A stretch of 64,000 nucleotides of DNA from an uncultured delta proteobacterium (GTDB lineage: Bacteria > Desulfobacterota > Desulfuromonadia > Desulfuromonadales > JACZKF01), in assembly GCA_963816395.1 (NCBI GenBank), contig CAWFKQ010000016.1, forward strand, positions 352,001 to 416,000. Reading direction: 5' to 3'. The translations under genes were made by a program, and so were the position numbers. Below the pieces are notes generated by a model. The model ran no database searches and had not been told where the DNA came from. It was given only the letters and a program-made list of their open reading frames with translations. Within the stretch, counting starts at the first letter, position 1. Each line of letters opens with the position of its first letter. Shown in pieces: positions 39,950-52,714 of this stretch.

Positions 39950-41397
39950 CTATTTGCGCCAGAAGGTGGGGAAGAACAGGACCAGGACGGTAAAGAGCTC
40001 CAGGCGGCCGAGGAGCATGCAGACGATCAGAACCGTCTTGCCGAAAGGGGCGACATGGGCATAATTGGCCACCGGGCCGACGGTGCCGAGACCGGGGCCG
40101 ATATTGCCCAGGGTGGCGATGACCGAGGCGCCGGCGGAGACCAGGTCCATGCCGGAGGCGGCCATAAGGAAGGAGGCGAGGACGAAGATGCCCATGTAGA
40201 GGGCGAAAAAGCCGAGGATCGACTGCATGACTTCCCGGTCGACCGGGGTGTCGCCCAGCTTGACCAGGCGCACCGCCCGGGGATGGATCAGGCGGTAGAG
40301 CTGGACCTGGGCGTGCTTGAAGAGGAGCAGGATGCGCGCGACCTTGATGCCGCCGCCGGTGGATCCGGCGCAGCCGCCGATGAACATCAGAAAGACCAGC
40401 AGGTACTGGGCAAGGACCGGCCAGAATCTCGTAGTCGGCGGTGCCGAAGCCGGTGGTGGTGAGGATCGAGGTGGTCTGGAAGGCGCTGTAGCGCAGGTTG
40501 TCGCGAGGGAAGAGTAGACTGTGCCCTGATTGACAGCACGATGAGCAGCGGTGGCGCCGACGGTCAGGGCCAGGTAGAAGACGAAACTCCTCGTTGCGGA
40601 AGATACTCGCGCATCCGGCCGCGCAGGGCATGGTAGTGGAGGGAGAAATTGACCCCGGCGAGAAACATGAAGAGGGTGATCACCCAGTCGATGTAGGCGC
40701 TGTCGTAGGCGCCCACCGAAGCGTTGCGGGTGGAGAAGCCGCCGGTGGCCAGGGTGGCGAAGGAGTGGCAGAGGGCTTCGAAGAAACTCATGCCGCCGAC
40801 CATCAGCAGGAGCGTCTCGGCGGCGGTGAGCAGCACGTAGACTCCCCAGAGCAGCTTGGCCGTGTCCTGGATGCGGGGTTTGAGGCGGTCGGCGGTCGGG
40901 CCGGGGACCTCGGCCTTGAAGAGCTGCATGCCGCCGACGCCGAGCATCGGCAGGATCGCCAGGGACAGGACGATGATCCCCATCCCGCCCAGCCAGTGGG
41001 TCAGGGCGCGCCAGAGCAGGATGCTCTGCGGCAGGATCTTCGATATCGGTCAGGATCGTGGCGCCGGTGGTGGTGAAGCCGCTCATGGTTTCGAAGAAGG
41101 CATCGAGAGGGGAGGGGATGGCGCCGGTGAAGAGGAAGGGGAGGGCGCCGAACAGGGCGTAGAGGGTCCAGCCGAAGGTGACGACGGCAAAGCCTTCGCG
41201 CACGGACAGCTCCTTGCGGCTGCGGCAGGACTTCAGGCAGCAGGCCGCCGACCACGGCCGCAGACGGCGGCGGCCAGGAGAAAGGCGCCGGCGGCGCCGT
41301 CGCTGAAATAGAGGGAGAAGGGGAGCGGGACCAGCAGGGCGGCGGCGAGAAAGAGGAGCAGGGCGCCCAGGATGCGCAGGGTGAGGACGATGTTCAT
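39950..41397 (-). CDS. trkH: Trk potassium uptake membrane protein (frameshifts)
   Basis: [38 protein letters not shown]. Confidence 0.93.
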
Positions 41398-41399
41398 GG

Positions 41400-42763
41400 C
41401 TAGCTCGAAGAACCTCTCGACCTTGGCCAGCGCTCCGGGAAGGGCGAAGACCACCACCCGGTCGCCCGCCTGCAGCCGGCTTGTCGCCGGTGGGAATTTC
41501 GTAAGCTGTCGTCGTGGACGATGGCGCCGATGATCGCGCCGGCGGGAAAGTGCAGATCCTTCAGCGGGATGTCGACGAATGCCGCTGCTTGCCTTGACCT
41601 GGATCTCAAGGACCTCGGCATTGCTCCCCTCGATGGTGGCCAGGGAGATGACCTCGCCGCGGCGCACGTACTTGAGGATGGCTGCCGGCCGCCGCCAGCC
41701 GCGGCGAGATGCAGGCATCGATGCCGAGGGTGGGGGCGAGGCTGAGCAATTCCGGCCTGTTGACCAGGGCCAGGGTGCGGCGGGCGCCGTGCTGGCGGCC
41801 GAGGAGGGAGCAGAGGATATTGGTTTCGTCATTGTCGGTGACGGCGATGAAGACATCGGCTTCCTCGACCCCCTCGTCGATCAGGGTGCGGATGTCGGTC
41901 CCTTCGGCGTGAATGACCATGGTGCGCTTCAATTTGGCCGAAAGCTGCCTCGCAGCGTTCTTCGTCCTGTTCCACCAGGCGCACGTCGAAGCGCCATCTT
42001 CTCCAGCTCGCCGGCGATGCGCAGGCCGATGCGGCCGCCGCCGAGGATGAAGGCGCGGGGCGGCTCCGCTGTTTCCGGGCTTCTTCCAGTTTGCAGCATG
42101 TACTGGATGGCCGGCAGGTCTTTCTGGTGGGCAAAGATGAAGATGCTGTCGCCGGCCTGGATGATGTCGTCGCCGCGGGGGATGATGGTCGTTTCGCCGC
42201 GGCTGATGGCGGTGACCACGAAGCGGTACATGCCGCGGAGTTCTCCCAGTTCCCGCAGGGTCAGGTCGCACAGGGGGCTTTCCGGGCCGATGCGGTAGCC
42301 GAGGAACTGGATCTGTCCCTCGACGAACTCGGCCACATCGAAGGCGCCGGAGCGGCAGGCGATCTTGACGATCTCCTCGGCGACGGCGTCCTCGGGGTTG
42401 ATGAGCAGGTCGATGCCGAGCTTTTCTTTGGACAGGACCGCGCCCTGGCCGGCGTATTCGATACTCTTGACCCGCGCTACCCGGGTCGCGACCTGGTATT
42501 CCCGGGCCAGCAGACAGGCGAGGATATTCACCTCGTCGAGGTCGGTGACGGCGATGAAGATATCGGCGTCCTTGATGCCCGCCTGCTCCAGGATTTCGGC
42601 GCTGGCGCCGTTGCCGATGAATGCCCATGACGTTGAGGCGGTCCTGGGCTCGGGCGAGGTGTTCCGGGTTGCGGTCGATCAGGGTGACTTCGTGCCCTTC
42701 CAGCGAGAGGCGCTCGCAGAGAAAATAGCCGACCTGGCCGGCGCCGACGATCAGGATGCGCAT
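41400..42763 (-). CDS. trkA: Trk potassium uptake NAD-binding subunit (frameshifts)
   Basis: IVGAGQVG and ILGGGRIG RCK_N domains, AVTDNDETN. Confidence 0.93.
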
Positions 42764-43022
42764 GGTATTCCCGTGGCCGTAAGGGGGTAAACATTCATGA
42801 AAATCGCATATTTCCGAAAAATCCGCAATGGAGAACAAATGGGTGCTTAGGAAAATAGCGGAAAATTTCTTTAAAGTTGAGAGGGGCAAGGAATGCGGGT
42901 GGTATCCGTCCGACATCCGCCGAAAAACTTGATCATTATTCGCGAATTGGATAAATTGAACTGTCTTATTCTATGGATTTACAGGAGGGTGGACGTGATT
43001 CGCACTTTAAGGGAACATACTG

Positions 43023-43496
43023 ATGACACCGATTAAGTACTATTGGGAAGACTTCACGCCCGGTTGGCAGCACGAGTCGCAGCCGAGAATGCTTACATTG
43101 CGCGAGATCGTGACTTTCGCGCGCGAATACGATCCGCAGCCTTACCACACCGACGAAGATGCGGCCAAATCCTCGCCCTTTGGCGGCCTGATCGCCAGTG
43201 GTTGGCAGACTTGCAGCGTGGCGATGCGGCTCATGTGCGACGGCTACCTACTCCAAACCTCGTGCATCGGATCGCCAGGGCTCGATGAGTTGCGCTGGTT
43301 CAAGCCGGTCAGACCCGGCGACGCACTGCGGCTGCATTCGACAGTGCTCGACCAGACCCCATCGCAGAAGGATCCGACCCGCGGCACAGTGAAATTCCGC
43401 TGGGACGTGCTCAACCAGAAGAATGAAGTCGTGTGCTCCATGACGGGCCGGCAGCATTACCGTCGACGCACGCCGGCAAGGATGCAGAATAAATAA
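43023..43496 (+). CDS. MaoC-family dehydratase
   Basis: YWEDF, YDPQPYHTD, FGGLIASGW, WFKPVRPGD. Confidence 0.88.
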   Translation: MTPIKYYWEDFTPGWQHESQPRMLTLREIVTFAREYDPQPYHTDEDAAKSSPFGGLIASGWQTCSVAMRLMCDGYLLQTSCIGSPGLDELRWFKPVRPGDALRLHSTVLDQTPSQKDPTRGTVKFRWDVLNQKNEVVCSMTGRQHYRRRTPARMQNK

Positions 43497-43869
43497 ACGT
43501 GAAATCCCCCCTCGCTGCCTACAAATCACGTGTCCCGCCACAAAAACGACCCAACCTAATTGCTAATGGTTGAGCCATCCTATTTACGGCTTTAATTGAA
43601 TTCCCGGATTATCCTGGGAATTGCTAGCTAGATGCCTCGGGAGTTGAATGGGATTTCAGTATCAAATTCCTGGATTCCCCTTTCTGCTAGATTAGATTCT
43701 GCAGCGGCGCGGCCGCAGGGAAGGGGAGCGTTGTCTTGGCGTCGCCAACGCTCTATAATGAAGGGTCAACTGGCCGATGGAAAGTTCCGGCCGCAGTATG
43801 CAGCCCAGGGAAGCAAGATTTTCTATCTCCCTATTCTCACGACCTCGCTAACTAACTTCGATCTTGTCT

Positions 43870-44167
43870 ATGGATTTTCCAGAAGTTTCAGAAGAGCATC
43901 TGCGCCGGGAGCGGGAAAAGGCCCGCGAACTGCGCAAGAGCCAGTGGTGGAAAAACCGCCTCGGGCAGGGGATCTGCCATTACTGCGGGGCGCCGGGTGG
44001 CGCCGAAGGAGCTCACCCTCGACCATATCGTCCCTCTGGTCCGCGGCGGGCGCAGCACCAGGGGCAACTGTGTGCCGGCCTGCAAGGAGTGCAATTCCCG
44101 AAAACAGAGCCTGCTGCCGGTGGAGTGGGAAGAATATCTGGAAAAGTTGGAAAAAGGCGAAGGGTGA
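43870..44167 (+). CDS. Small HNH endonuclease-family protein (frameshift near 43990)
   Basis: ARELRKSQWW, CHYC, TLDHIVPLVRGG, NCVPACKECNSRK. Confidence 0.85.
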
Positions 44168-44216
44168 ATTTCGGAGCTGCCTCTCAAAGTTCAAATTCAA
44201 AATCCTCGATTGCCTC

Positions 44217-44408
44217 TCAAAGCTCCTCAATCCTTCCTCCCCGTCCGCTCCTCTCCTCGCTGAAGTCATCCTCCATAAACGTTTCGAGAAAACGGCGGTT
44301 GTCGCGGATGCGTTTTTCGATCTCGCGCTGCATCTCCTCCAGTTCGGGGAAGCGGCAGTCGCTGCCGGGGGCGGAGGGCTCCGGCGGATTCGGCTTTTCC
44401 TCAGGCAT
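44217..44408 (-). CDS. Small acidic hypothetical protein
   Basis: GGAGG RBS; start overlaps the glgA 3' end; 63 aa. Confidence 0.55.
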   Translation of the reverse strand: MPEEKPNPPEPSAPGSDCRFPELEEMQREIEKRIRDNRRFLETFMEDDFSEERSGRGGRIEEL

Positions 44409-45855
44409 GCCGCACCTCCAGGGCCTGCTGATAAATTTCGAGATACTGCTGGGCCGAGCGGCCCCAGGAGAAATCCTGGGTCATCCCGCGCCGCACCAGT
44501 TTGCGCCAGGCGCGCTTGTCGGGAAAAAGGGCCAGCGCCCGGTCGAGAGCGGCCAGCAGGTCGGCGCCGGTCGCCTCGCGGAAGAGGAAGCCGTTGGCCT
44601 CCCGGGGGGAATCGGCCGGGTCGACGACCGTATCGGCCAGGCCGCCGGTGCGGCGGGCCACCGGAATGGTGCCGAAGCGCAGGGCGATGAGCTGCCCCAG
44701 GCCGCACGGCTCGTAACGGCTCGGCATGAGGAAGAGGTCGCTGCCGGCGTAGATGCGATGCGCCAGGGCATCATCGAAGGCCAGATTGATCGAGACCCGC
44801 CCCGGAAAGCGGCCTTTCACCTGTTCGAAGAAGGCCGTGTGCTGCTGCTCGCCGGTGCCGAGCAGAACGAACTGCAGGTCGCGCTGCAGCAGCCCCGGCC
44901 AGGCCTCCTCCACCAGATCGAGCCCCTTCTGGGTATCCAGACGGGTGATCATGCAGACGATGGGGGTAGCCGGAGATACCGTGAGCCCCAGCTCCTTCTG
45001 CAGGGCTTTTTTATCGGCGGCCTTCCCTTTCAGGTCGGAAGCGTCGTAATTGGCCGGCAGGGCGCTGCTCAGGGCCGGGTCCCACTGTTTGGTATCCAGG
45101 CCGTTGAGAATGCCGTGCAGGGCATCCCGGCGCTGGCGCAGGATGCCGTCGAATCCCAGCCCCAGCTCGGGGGTCTGGATCTCCCGGCAGTAGGTGGGGG
45201 AGACGGTGGTGAGTGCATCGGCAAAAAGCAGCCCGCCCTTGAGGAAGGAGACCTTGCCGTAATACTCCAGGCCGTCGATGGCGAAGAGGCTCGGGTCGAG
45301 ACGCAGCGACAGCAGGATCTCCGGCGGGAACAGCCCCTGGTAGCCGAGATTGTGGATGGTCAGCACGGTGCCGATGGCATTGAAGAAGGGGTCGTTCTTC
45401 AGCTCATGGCGCAGCAGGACCGGGATCAGGCCGGTCTGCCAGTCGTTGAGGTGCAGCACGTCGGGGCGGAAATCGAGGCGGCGCAGAAATTCCAGGACGG
45501 CGCGGCAGAAGAAACCGAAGCGCTGGGCGTTGTCGGGGTAGTCGCCGGCGGCGGTGCCGTACAGCCCTGGCCGGTGGAAGTAGTCCCGATTATCGATGAA
45601 ATAGACCGGGACGGAATCCAGGGCACTCTGCCGCAGCAGTCCCTTGCGCAGTTCGCCGTCGATCACCACCTCCACGCTCTTGCGCCCCTTCCGCAGGGGA
45701 TAGTGCGACTCCTCCACGCTCTGGTAGAGGGGGAGGATGAGGCGGACGTCGTGGCCGAGCTGGCGCAGGGCCCGGGGGAGGGAGCCGGCGACATCGGCCA
45801 GGCCGCCGGTTTTGGCGAAGGGGGCGACTTCCGGGGCGACGAACAGAATCTTCAT
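44401..45855 (-). CDS. glgA: Glycogen synthase
   Basis: KTGGLADV, NDWQ, TIHNLGYQG, PSRYEPCGL. Confidence 0.96.
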   Translation of the reverse strand: MKILFVAPEVAPFAKTGGLADVAGSLPRALRQLGHDVRLILPLYQSVEESHYPLRKGRKSVEVVIDGELRKGLLRQSALDSVPVYFIDNRDYFHRPGLYGTAAGDYPDNAQRFGFFCRAVLEFLRRLDFRPDVLHLNDWQTGLIPVLLRHELKNDPFFNAIGTVLTIHNLGYQGLFPPEILLSLRLDPSLFAIDGLEYYGKVSFLKGGLLFADALTTVSPTYCREIQTPELGLGFDGILRQRRDALHGILNGLDTKQWDPALSSALPANYDASDLKGKAADKKALQKELGLTVSPATPIVCMITRLDTQKGLDLVEEAWPGLLQRDLQFVLLGTGEQQHTAFFEQVKGRFPGRVSINLAFDDALAHRIYAGSDLFLMPSRYEPCGLGQLIALRFGTIPVARRTGGLADTVVDPADSPREANGFLFREATGADLLAALDRALALFPDKRAWRKLVRRGMTQDFSWGRSAQQYLEIYQQALEVRHA

Positions 45856-48800
45856 GCTTCTATCTTCTTTCGGGTGGGAGTGGCGGACGGACGCTGGCGG
45901 ATCGCCGCCGCGAAAGCATCGAAACGATAGCCCGCCTGCTCCGCCGCCGTCAAGAGTTCCTGCCACTCACCGTGCAGAGCCGCCAGCTGGCCGGCAGCCC
46001 TGCCGCCGGCAGCTGCGCCGTTTCCGCGGCTGGCGATGAAGAAGAGCCAGTAGAGAAGGGTCTCCAGGCGCTCGCGGTTGAACCATCGGGTACCGCCGAA
46101 CCAGTTGCAGCCGAGGAAGGTCTGCGCCCGGGCATCCTCCAGCAGGGCGGCCAGGCAGTCGCCCAGCGCTCCTGTCGCCACCGGCCGCACAGCGCACCAG
46201 CAGCTGTACCAGCAGCGCTTCGCCGGCCGCCTCCCCCTCGCTCAGGGCGAAGGGCGCCTCGGCCGACTGCAGGACCTCCTGCAGGGTGGCCGTCAGCAGG
46301 TATTCCTCCATCCAGGCGGCGGCCTGCGCCGGTGAGGACCGCAGGCCAGCCGCCGGGGCGGGAGAGGAGCAGCCAGGGGAGAAAAACCCGGAGGAACTGG
46401 CCGCGCCGCGCTCCCTGGACCGCACCCGGGAAAGCCTGGCGCAGGGCGGCCAGGGCCTCCTTCTCCCGGCTCTCGCGCCCCTTGCGGGCGACCAGCAGGC
46501 GCAACTGCTCCAGGGCGCTGCAGAGCTTCTCCGCCGTCGCCGCTTCGCCGGCGGCCAGGCCGGCGCTCTGCCGCAGGGCGAGATAGAAGGCCTCGGCCTG
46601 ACGGCTGAAGGTCTGGCAGGACGGGTCCTGCCGCCATTTACCCGCCGGCAGCGCCAGGGCGCTGGCGAGCGCCTTGAGCAGCCCGGGCAGCACCGCCTGG
46701 CGGAAGACCTCGATCAGCGGCGCATAGCGGATCTTCTTCCATTCGAAATCGAGGCTCGGCACCGGTCGCCCCTCCAGGGTGTGGCAGAGCCATCCCCAGG
46801 AGCCGTCCTCGTCGAAGATCTCCCGGAAATCGAGAAAGGCGTAATACTGGTAGGCGCCGAACTCCAGGAAGATGCCCCGCTCGTGCAGGTCCCGCCCGGC
46901 GCGCAGGTATTCCAGGCCGGTGCGGAAGTCGCGGAAGCGGATATACTGCCGGTCCTCGCCGCGGATGGCCAGGGCCTCGCCCAGGGTGGGGCGGGCCAGC
47001 ACCTCTTCGCCGCCGCTCTTCACCCGCTTGGGTACCGAGGTGCGCAGCCAGCCGGAGGTCTCGCCGAAGAGGTTGTGATAAGCGATCAGGGCCCGCTCGC
47101 CATTGAACCGGTTGCTGTAGGCGAAGACGTTCTCGTTGACCTGGTCGCCGGCGAAAAAGTCGTAAAGGACGAAATGCTCCGAGCTGCTGAACAGATAGCG
47201 GCGGCGCATCAGGGGGAAGATCTGCGCCTCGTGATGACGGACGAATCCCTCATCGGGCCTTTCCTCCTGGTAGGCGCGGCGATATTCCATGCCGTACTTC
47301 TCCTCGTAGCCTTCCACCTGGCCGTGGCCGATCATCGGCAGGCCGGGCATGGTGACGAGGAGCACCGCCACCCCGAAGTACTTGTCGCTCTTCCCGAACT
47401 GGGCCACCGCCGTCGCCTCGTCGGGATTGTTCATGAAATTGACGAAGCGTTTGAGAATCTCCGGGTTGAAATCGAGGATGTTCTTCACCACGCTGCGGTA
47501 CTTGGCGTTCTCCTCCATCTTCAGCATGTTCATGAAGGCACTGTTGTACACCCGGTGCATCCCCAGGGTGCGCACGAAATAGCCCTCCATCAGCCAGAAG
47601 GCCTCCGCCAGCAGCAGGGTGTCCGGGACCTCGGCCGCCACCCGGTCGACCACTTCCCGCCAGAACTCCACCGGGAAGGCGCGGTCGAAATCCTCCCGGT
47701 TCATGGCGTGCTCGGCCCGGCTGGGAACCCCCGAGCCCCCACCCGGCTGCGGGAACCACAGGCGCTGGTAATGCTTCTTGGCCAGGGTCATGGCGGCGTC
47801 GAAGCGGATGATCTGATAGCGCCGGGCGACCCGCAGGATGGTCTGGATCATCGCCTCGCGCACCGCAGGCAGGAGGAAGTTGAGCTGGGCGGTGTCGTTC
47901 CACGGCAGATGGGTGCCGTCGTTGCCGTGATAGATGTAGCGCACCCGGCCGCTGTGCCGCTCGACATGCTTGAAGACCACCGCCGCATCGGAGTGGTTCC
48001 AGTAGCCGTCCTCGATGTACAGCTCGATATCGTCGCTGAAGGAGAGGTTCTCACCGGTGAAGCTGTAGGCCGGGTAGGGGGGATGGTCGACCTGGATGTA
48101 CCAGTCGGGGTGCTCGCGGGTCCAGCGCGAGTAGATGCCGGTGTGGTTGGGGACTACGTCGCAGCCCAGGCGGATCCCCCGTCGCCGGCAGCGTTCCTGC
48201 AGGTCCCGGACCGCCTCCTCGCCCCCGAGTTCCCGGGAAACCGCATAGTCGTAAAGGGAGTAGGCGGAGGCGACCGCCTCGGGATTGCCCATCTTCCTTT
48301 TGATCTTCTCCGAGGCCGGCGAGCGTTCGAAGATGCCGATCAGCCACAGGCCGGTGAAGCCCCAGCGGGCCAGCAGGTCGAGTTCCTCATCGGGGATCTG
48401 GTCGAGGCGGCTCGATGGGCCGGCCGTATTTTTTCGTCAGCTGGTCGAGCCAGACGTAGATCGTTTTGGCGATCAGCACGACATTGCTCATCCAATCGGC
48501 GTCGGGCGAAAAGCGCTCCGGCTCCTCATAGGTGAGATCGAAGCGGCCGAAGCGGGGGACCGGAATCGGTCCGGGGCCGCCGCCGCGCATCTGCTGCTCT
48601 TCGTGGAGGACGTCGAAAGCGGTGAGGATGCTGCGCAGCAGCTCCGGCGGCAGAATGCCGGCCCAATGCTGCTGGATGTACTCGAGCTGTCCGGCGAGGG
48701 AGCGCGGGGAGGCTTTCACCGGGGCGGAGAGCAGCTGCAGCAGCGACTGGGCGAACAGGCCGGCGGCGGCTCCTGCTCCAGGCGCGCATCGAGGGCGGCC

Positions 48801-49344
48801 AGCAGATCCCGGTAGGGGCTGCGGCGGCGCAGTTCGGCATCGTCGAACAGATCGAGCAGGTCGGCGCCGGCCGGGTTGGCGTTCTGTACGGCCAGAATGA
48901 ACAGTTCGACCAGCGGATTGCCGCCGGTTTTCGCCCCCGCGCTCGCCCTGCAGGAACGCTTCGGCGCGCTCGCCCCTGCAGCACCGCCGCCGGCGGAAAG
49001 AGGGCGACGAAATTTTCCAGCGCCGGGCGCAGGCCGGGCAGGGGGAGCGTCTCCCCCGCCATCTCCGCCGCCTCCAGGCCGACGGCGCAGCCGCGCAGCT
49101 CCAGGTAACGACGGGCGACGAAACGGAAGGTGCGGTTGAGCAGGGCCAGCAGATTGAGCTGGCCGGCGCTCACCGGCGCTTGCGGCCGCCGGCGCTGTAT
49201 CTCCTGGGCCAGCAGCCGCAGGGTGTACAGGGGCGAAGAGGGAACCTCGCGCAGCAGGTCGGCGCTCAACCCGTAGGTTTCCCAGGCGCGCGCCGAGAGC
49301 TGGACGCTCAAGGGAAAATAGCTGTTCAGATGATCGTCTGGCAT
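45852..49344 (-). CDS. Large GH13 alpha-amylase-family protein (frameshifts)
   Basis: DVVPNH, WNDTAQL, RFDAAM, AEAFW, NNPDE; helical N- and C-terminal extensions. Confidence 0.85.
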
Positions 49345-49366
49345 GGCGACTCCGTGGTCAAAAGGG

Positions 49367-50408
49367 TCAGAAAATTCCGGAGAGATCGGCCTCGCGCAGG
49401 AACAGCGCCGCCTCTTCCGGCGCCGTCGGATTCATGTAGAAGCCGGTGCCCCATTCGAAACCGGCGATTTTGGTCAACCGGGGGATGAGCTCGATATGCC
49501 AGTGGTAATCGAATGGGAGCGAGCTCCAGTAACCCGGTTTGCCCGATCGCAGATGCATGGGCGGCGCATTGTGCAGGATGAAGTTGTAGGGCGGATCGCG
49601 CAGCACGCCCCGCATCCGCAGCAGGCTCTCCTTGACCACCTCCGCCAGCGCAGCGAGTTCCTGATCGGAGAGCAGGGCGAAATCGTGGCTGTGGCGCCGG
49701 GGCAGCAGGCGCAGCTCGAAAGGGAAGCCGGAGGCGTACGGGAGCATAGACGACGAAATCGCCGGAATCGCGGACGATGCGCCGGCCGTCCTGGCATTCC
49801 TGCAGCAGCAGGTCGCAGATCAGGCAGCGCTCCTTGCGTGCGAAGTACTCGCGGCAGACGTTGAGTTCGGTAGCGGCCGTTGGCGGCGTCACCGGCAGGG
49901 CGATCAGCTGCGAGTGCGAGTGGGGGATGCCGGCCCCCGCTTCCACCCCGTGGTTCTTGAAGACGAAGATATAGCGGAAGCGCTCGTCGCGGCGCAGGTC
50001 GAGCAGGCGGGCCCGCCAGGCGCGGAAGACGTCGGTGATTTCGGCCGGGGTGAGGTCGGCCAGGGCGCGGTCGTGGTCGGGGGTTTCGATGACGATCTCG
50101 TGGGCGCCGATGCCGTTCATGGCGTCGTAGAGCCCCACCCCCCGCTTGTCCAACTCCCCCTCGATGCGCAGCGCCGGGTACTTGTTGGGGATGACCCGCA
50201 CCCGCCAGCCGGGGCTGTTGGGTGCGCTGCCGGGCGGGCGGATGGCGAAGATCTCGCGGGTGGTCTTCTCCTCCCGGCCGTAGCAGAAGGGGCAGGCGGT
50301 CATGGTCACCGTCTCCCGCTCGAGAATGAAGTCGCGGGGCCGCCGGCCCCGATCGGTGGTGATGATGACCCAGCTCATCTTCAGCGGATCCCAGCGCAGT
50401 TCGGACAC
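49367..50408 (-). CDS. galT: GalT-family nucleotidyltransferase (frameshift near 49740)
   Basis: ELRWDPL, CPFC, NKYPAL, HEIVIE, KNHG...HSHSQ, GFEWGTG. Confidence 0.85.
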
Positions 50409-50478
50409 TAGGCATCTCCAGACATAAATCAATGAATTTCGAATTCAAGTTTTGCATTAGAAAAACTTTACTTGAAAT

Positions 50479-52612
50479 TCAAACCAGAACCACTCCTCCG
50501 TCTTCCAGCGCCTCGCCCCGGTAGGGAAGGGCTCGACCGGGCCGTCGGCGGGCCAGCGGGCGATCTCGCTGCCGGCGCGCAGCAGGTGGACGGAGACGCG
50601 CCAGGCGCCCGCCGGCCGGCAGCTGCAGCGGGAGCCAGGGGAATGGCGATCTCGATGATCCGGCCGCAGGCCGCCTTCCCTTCGGCAGCCACGCGCGCTT
50701 TCTCCCGGCCGGTGCAGGGTCAGGGTGCCGTCCGCCGGCTGCAGGCGCGCCGTCCACTCCCGGCCGTCGGCAATGCAGGCGGAATTCCAGCCTGCCGTCG
50801 GGCGCGGCCAGGCTCGGCAGGTCCTCCTCCGGATCGAGGCGCAGGTAGAAATGGCTGCGGTCGTAGCCGTACAGCAGGACGGAGAATTCGTGATGCGCGG
50901 CATGCATGGCGCCGCCCGGCGACAGGTCGGCATAGCCGGCGGCCAGCCACTCGAAATAGTCGCCGATGCGGCCGTCGATGCAAGGGGTGAACAGGGCCGC
51001 CGGTTCCCGCACCGGCGCTTCCCGGGCCGGTTGCTTGATGAACTGCTGCAGGTGCGGCGGCACCGGCAGGCCGGCCGTCCGGTAAAGGGCTTCCAGGTGC
51101 CGGCGAAAGAGGCGGTCGAAAATGTCCGCCTGGGCGGTGACGTGATCGTCGCCGAACCACCAGAACCAGTCGCTCCCCTCGGCCCGCAGCAGGTGCCGGA
51201 TCTTCTCCGGCACCGGCGCCTCCCGTCGCGGCCTCGATCTCCGTCTCGCTGAACCGCCTCGCGCCGCCCCCGCTCCAGCCATTCCCAGGCGGTGTTTTCC
51301 TCCTGGTGGCCGATCCAGATGTTGAAATTGGCATTGATCCACGACCCCGGGGCGACGCGGTGCAGGGGCGCCGGCTCGGCCTCGGCCAGCGCCTCGGAGA
51401 CGGTGACCATCCGCAGGGCAGGGCTCGGCCAGCAGGCCGCGATAGAGGGCGACCAGGAACGGGATAGCCGTTGTCCGCGTAGCGTTCCCAGCAGTTCTCG
51501 CCATCGAGAATCAGCGGGATGACGCCGCCGGGCGCCGTCGGCCGCCACCTGCTTCAGCTGCCCCACCAGGTCGGCGGCCGCTTTCTCCGGCTCCCAATGG
51601 GCATAGACAAAGCCGATGCGGTCGGAGAGGTCGCGGTCGCGAAAGAGCAGGGGCAGCCCTTCGAAGGCGTAAGGGCGGTAGAGCTGGCGGCGGTCGGTCA
51701 GCCCCCCGGGGAGGCTGCTGGCCAGGATCCCTTCGTCGCTCGCCGCCCACAGCGCGCCTTCCTGGCGCAGCAGGCGCAGCGCCTCCTCGCTCACCGCCCC
51801 TTCCGCCGGCCACATGCCGCGCGGCCGCTTCGCCCAGTCGTTCGGCCACCAGATCGAGCCCGAGGCGCACCTGCAGGCGGGCATCCGGCGGGATGGCGGA
51901 AGGCAGGCGCCGGCAGGCGTATGCCGGGGGTGGCCTGGGCGGCGACTGCCGGTGTCGCACAGCAGGGGGAGAATGGGGTGGGCATAGGGGGTGACGGAGA
52001 TTTCGATCTCCCCCGCCGTCTCCATCTCGCCGGTAGAGCGCGGTCGCCGCCGCCACCTCCCGATCGTAAAGATCCAGCAGCTCCGCTTTCTCCCGCTCGC
52101 TGAAATTCTCCCCCTTCTCCAGCAGCAGGGCCACCGCGCTCTTCCCGCCGCAGGTGATGGCCGGACCAGGCGAGCAGGAACCAGACCTGCAGATCGCGCA
52201 GGTCCTGGTCGGAAAAGGCGCGGACGTCCGCCGCGGCCGGCGCCGCGGCGGCGGGCCAGCTCCCGGTAGCGGCGGTAGGGGAGGATGTGGCGATCGGCGT
52301 GCACGGAGAAGAACTGACTGAGCAGAAAGCCGCGCTCTTCCTCCCCCATGCCGGCCGGATCCCGGCGGGCCGCTTCCAGCCAGGCTCGTCCGCGCTTCCC
52401 CCTGCAGGTAGCGGTCGAGCTGCTCGAGGAGGATCGGCACCAGGTTGAAGGTCATCCGCGCCCCCGGCACCGCCGCCGCCGTTTTCAGCATCTCCCCGTA
52501 ATCCTTCACCGCGTGCAGGTAGGTCCAGGGGAGCAGGGTGCGGCCCGGACACCGGATCCCGGTAATCGGGCTGATGCATGTGCCAGAGGATGGCGACCTT
52601 GAGTGGCTTCAT
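50479..52612 (-). CDS. GH57 glycoside hydrolase, amylopullulanase-like (many frameshifts)
   Basis: WHMHQP, PYAHPILPLL, GMWPAEG, LSDRIGF, DGENCWE, AEGSDWFWW. Confidence 0.88.
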
Positions 52613-52621
52613 GGAATGAAT

Positions 52622-52712
52622 CAGGCAGGAGGCTGGAGGCAAGGGGCAAGAGGAACGACCCGGGGAATTCAGTCGTTTTCCTCTAGCCTCTAGCCGCTAG
52701 CCGCTAGCCTGC
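52622..52712. repeat. Heptamer hairpin repeat
   Basis: ggaggctggaggcaaggggcaagagg ... cctctagcctctagccgctagccgctagcc. Confidence 0.7.
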
Positions 52713-52714
52713 CT

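Noticed and set aside
42764..43022. c-di-AMP riboswitch upstream of trkA
   Set aside because: No ydaO-type conserved elements recognised.
43870..44167. HNH gene as a defence system or homing element
   Set aside because: Small stand-alone protein with no methyltransferase, intron or mobile context.
43864..45930. 688-aa plus-strand ORF
   Set aside because: The HNH N-terminus is frameshifted into the antisense frame of glgA.
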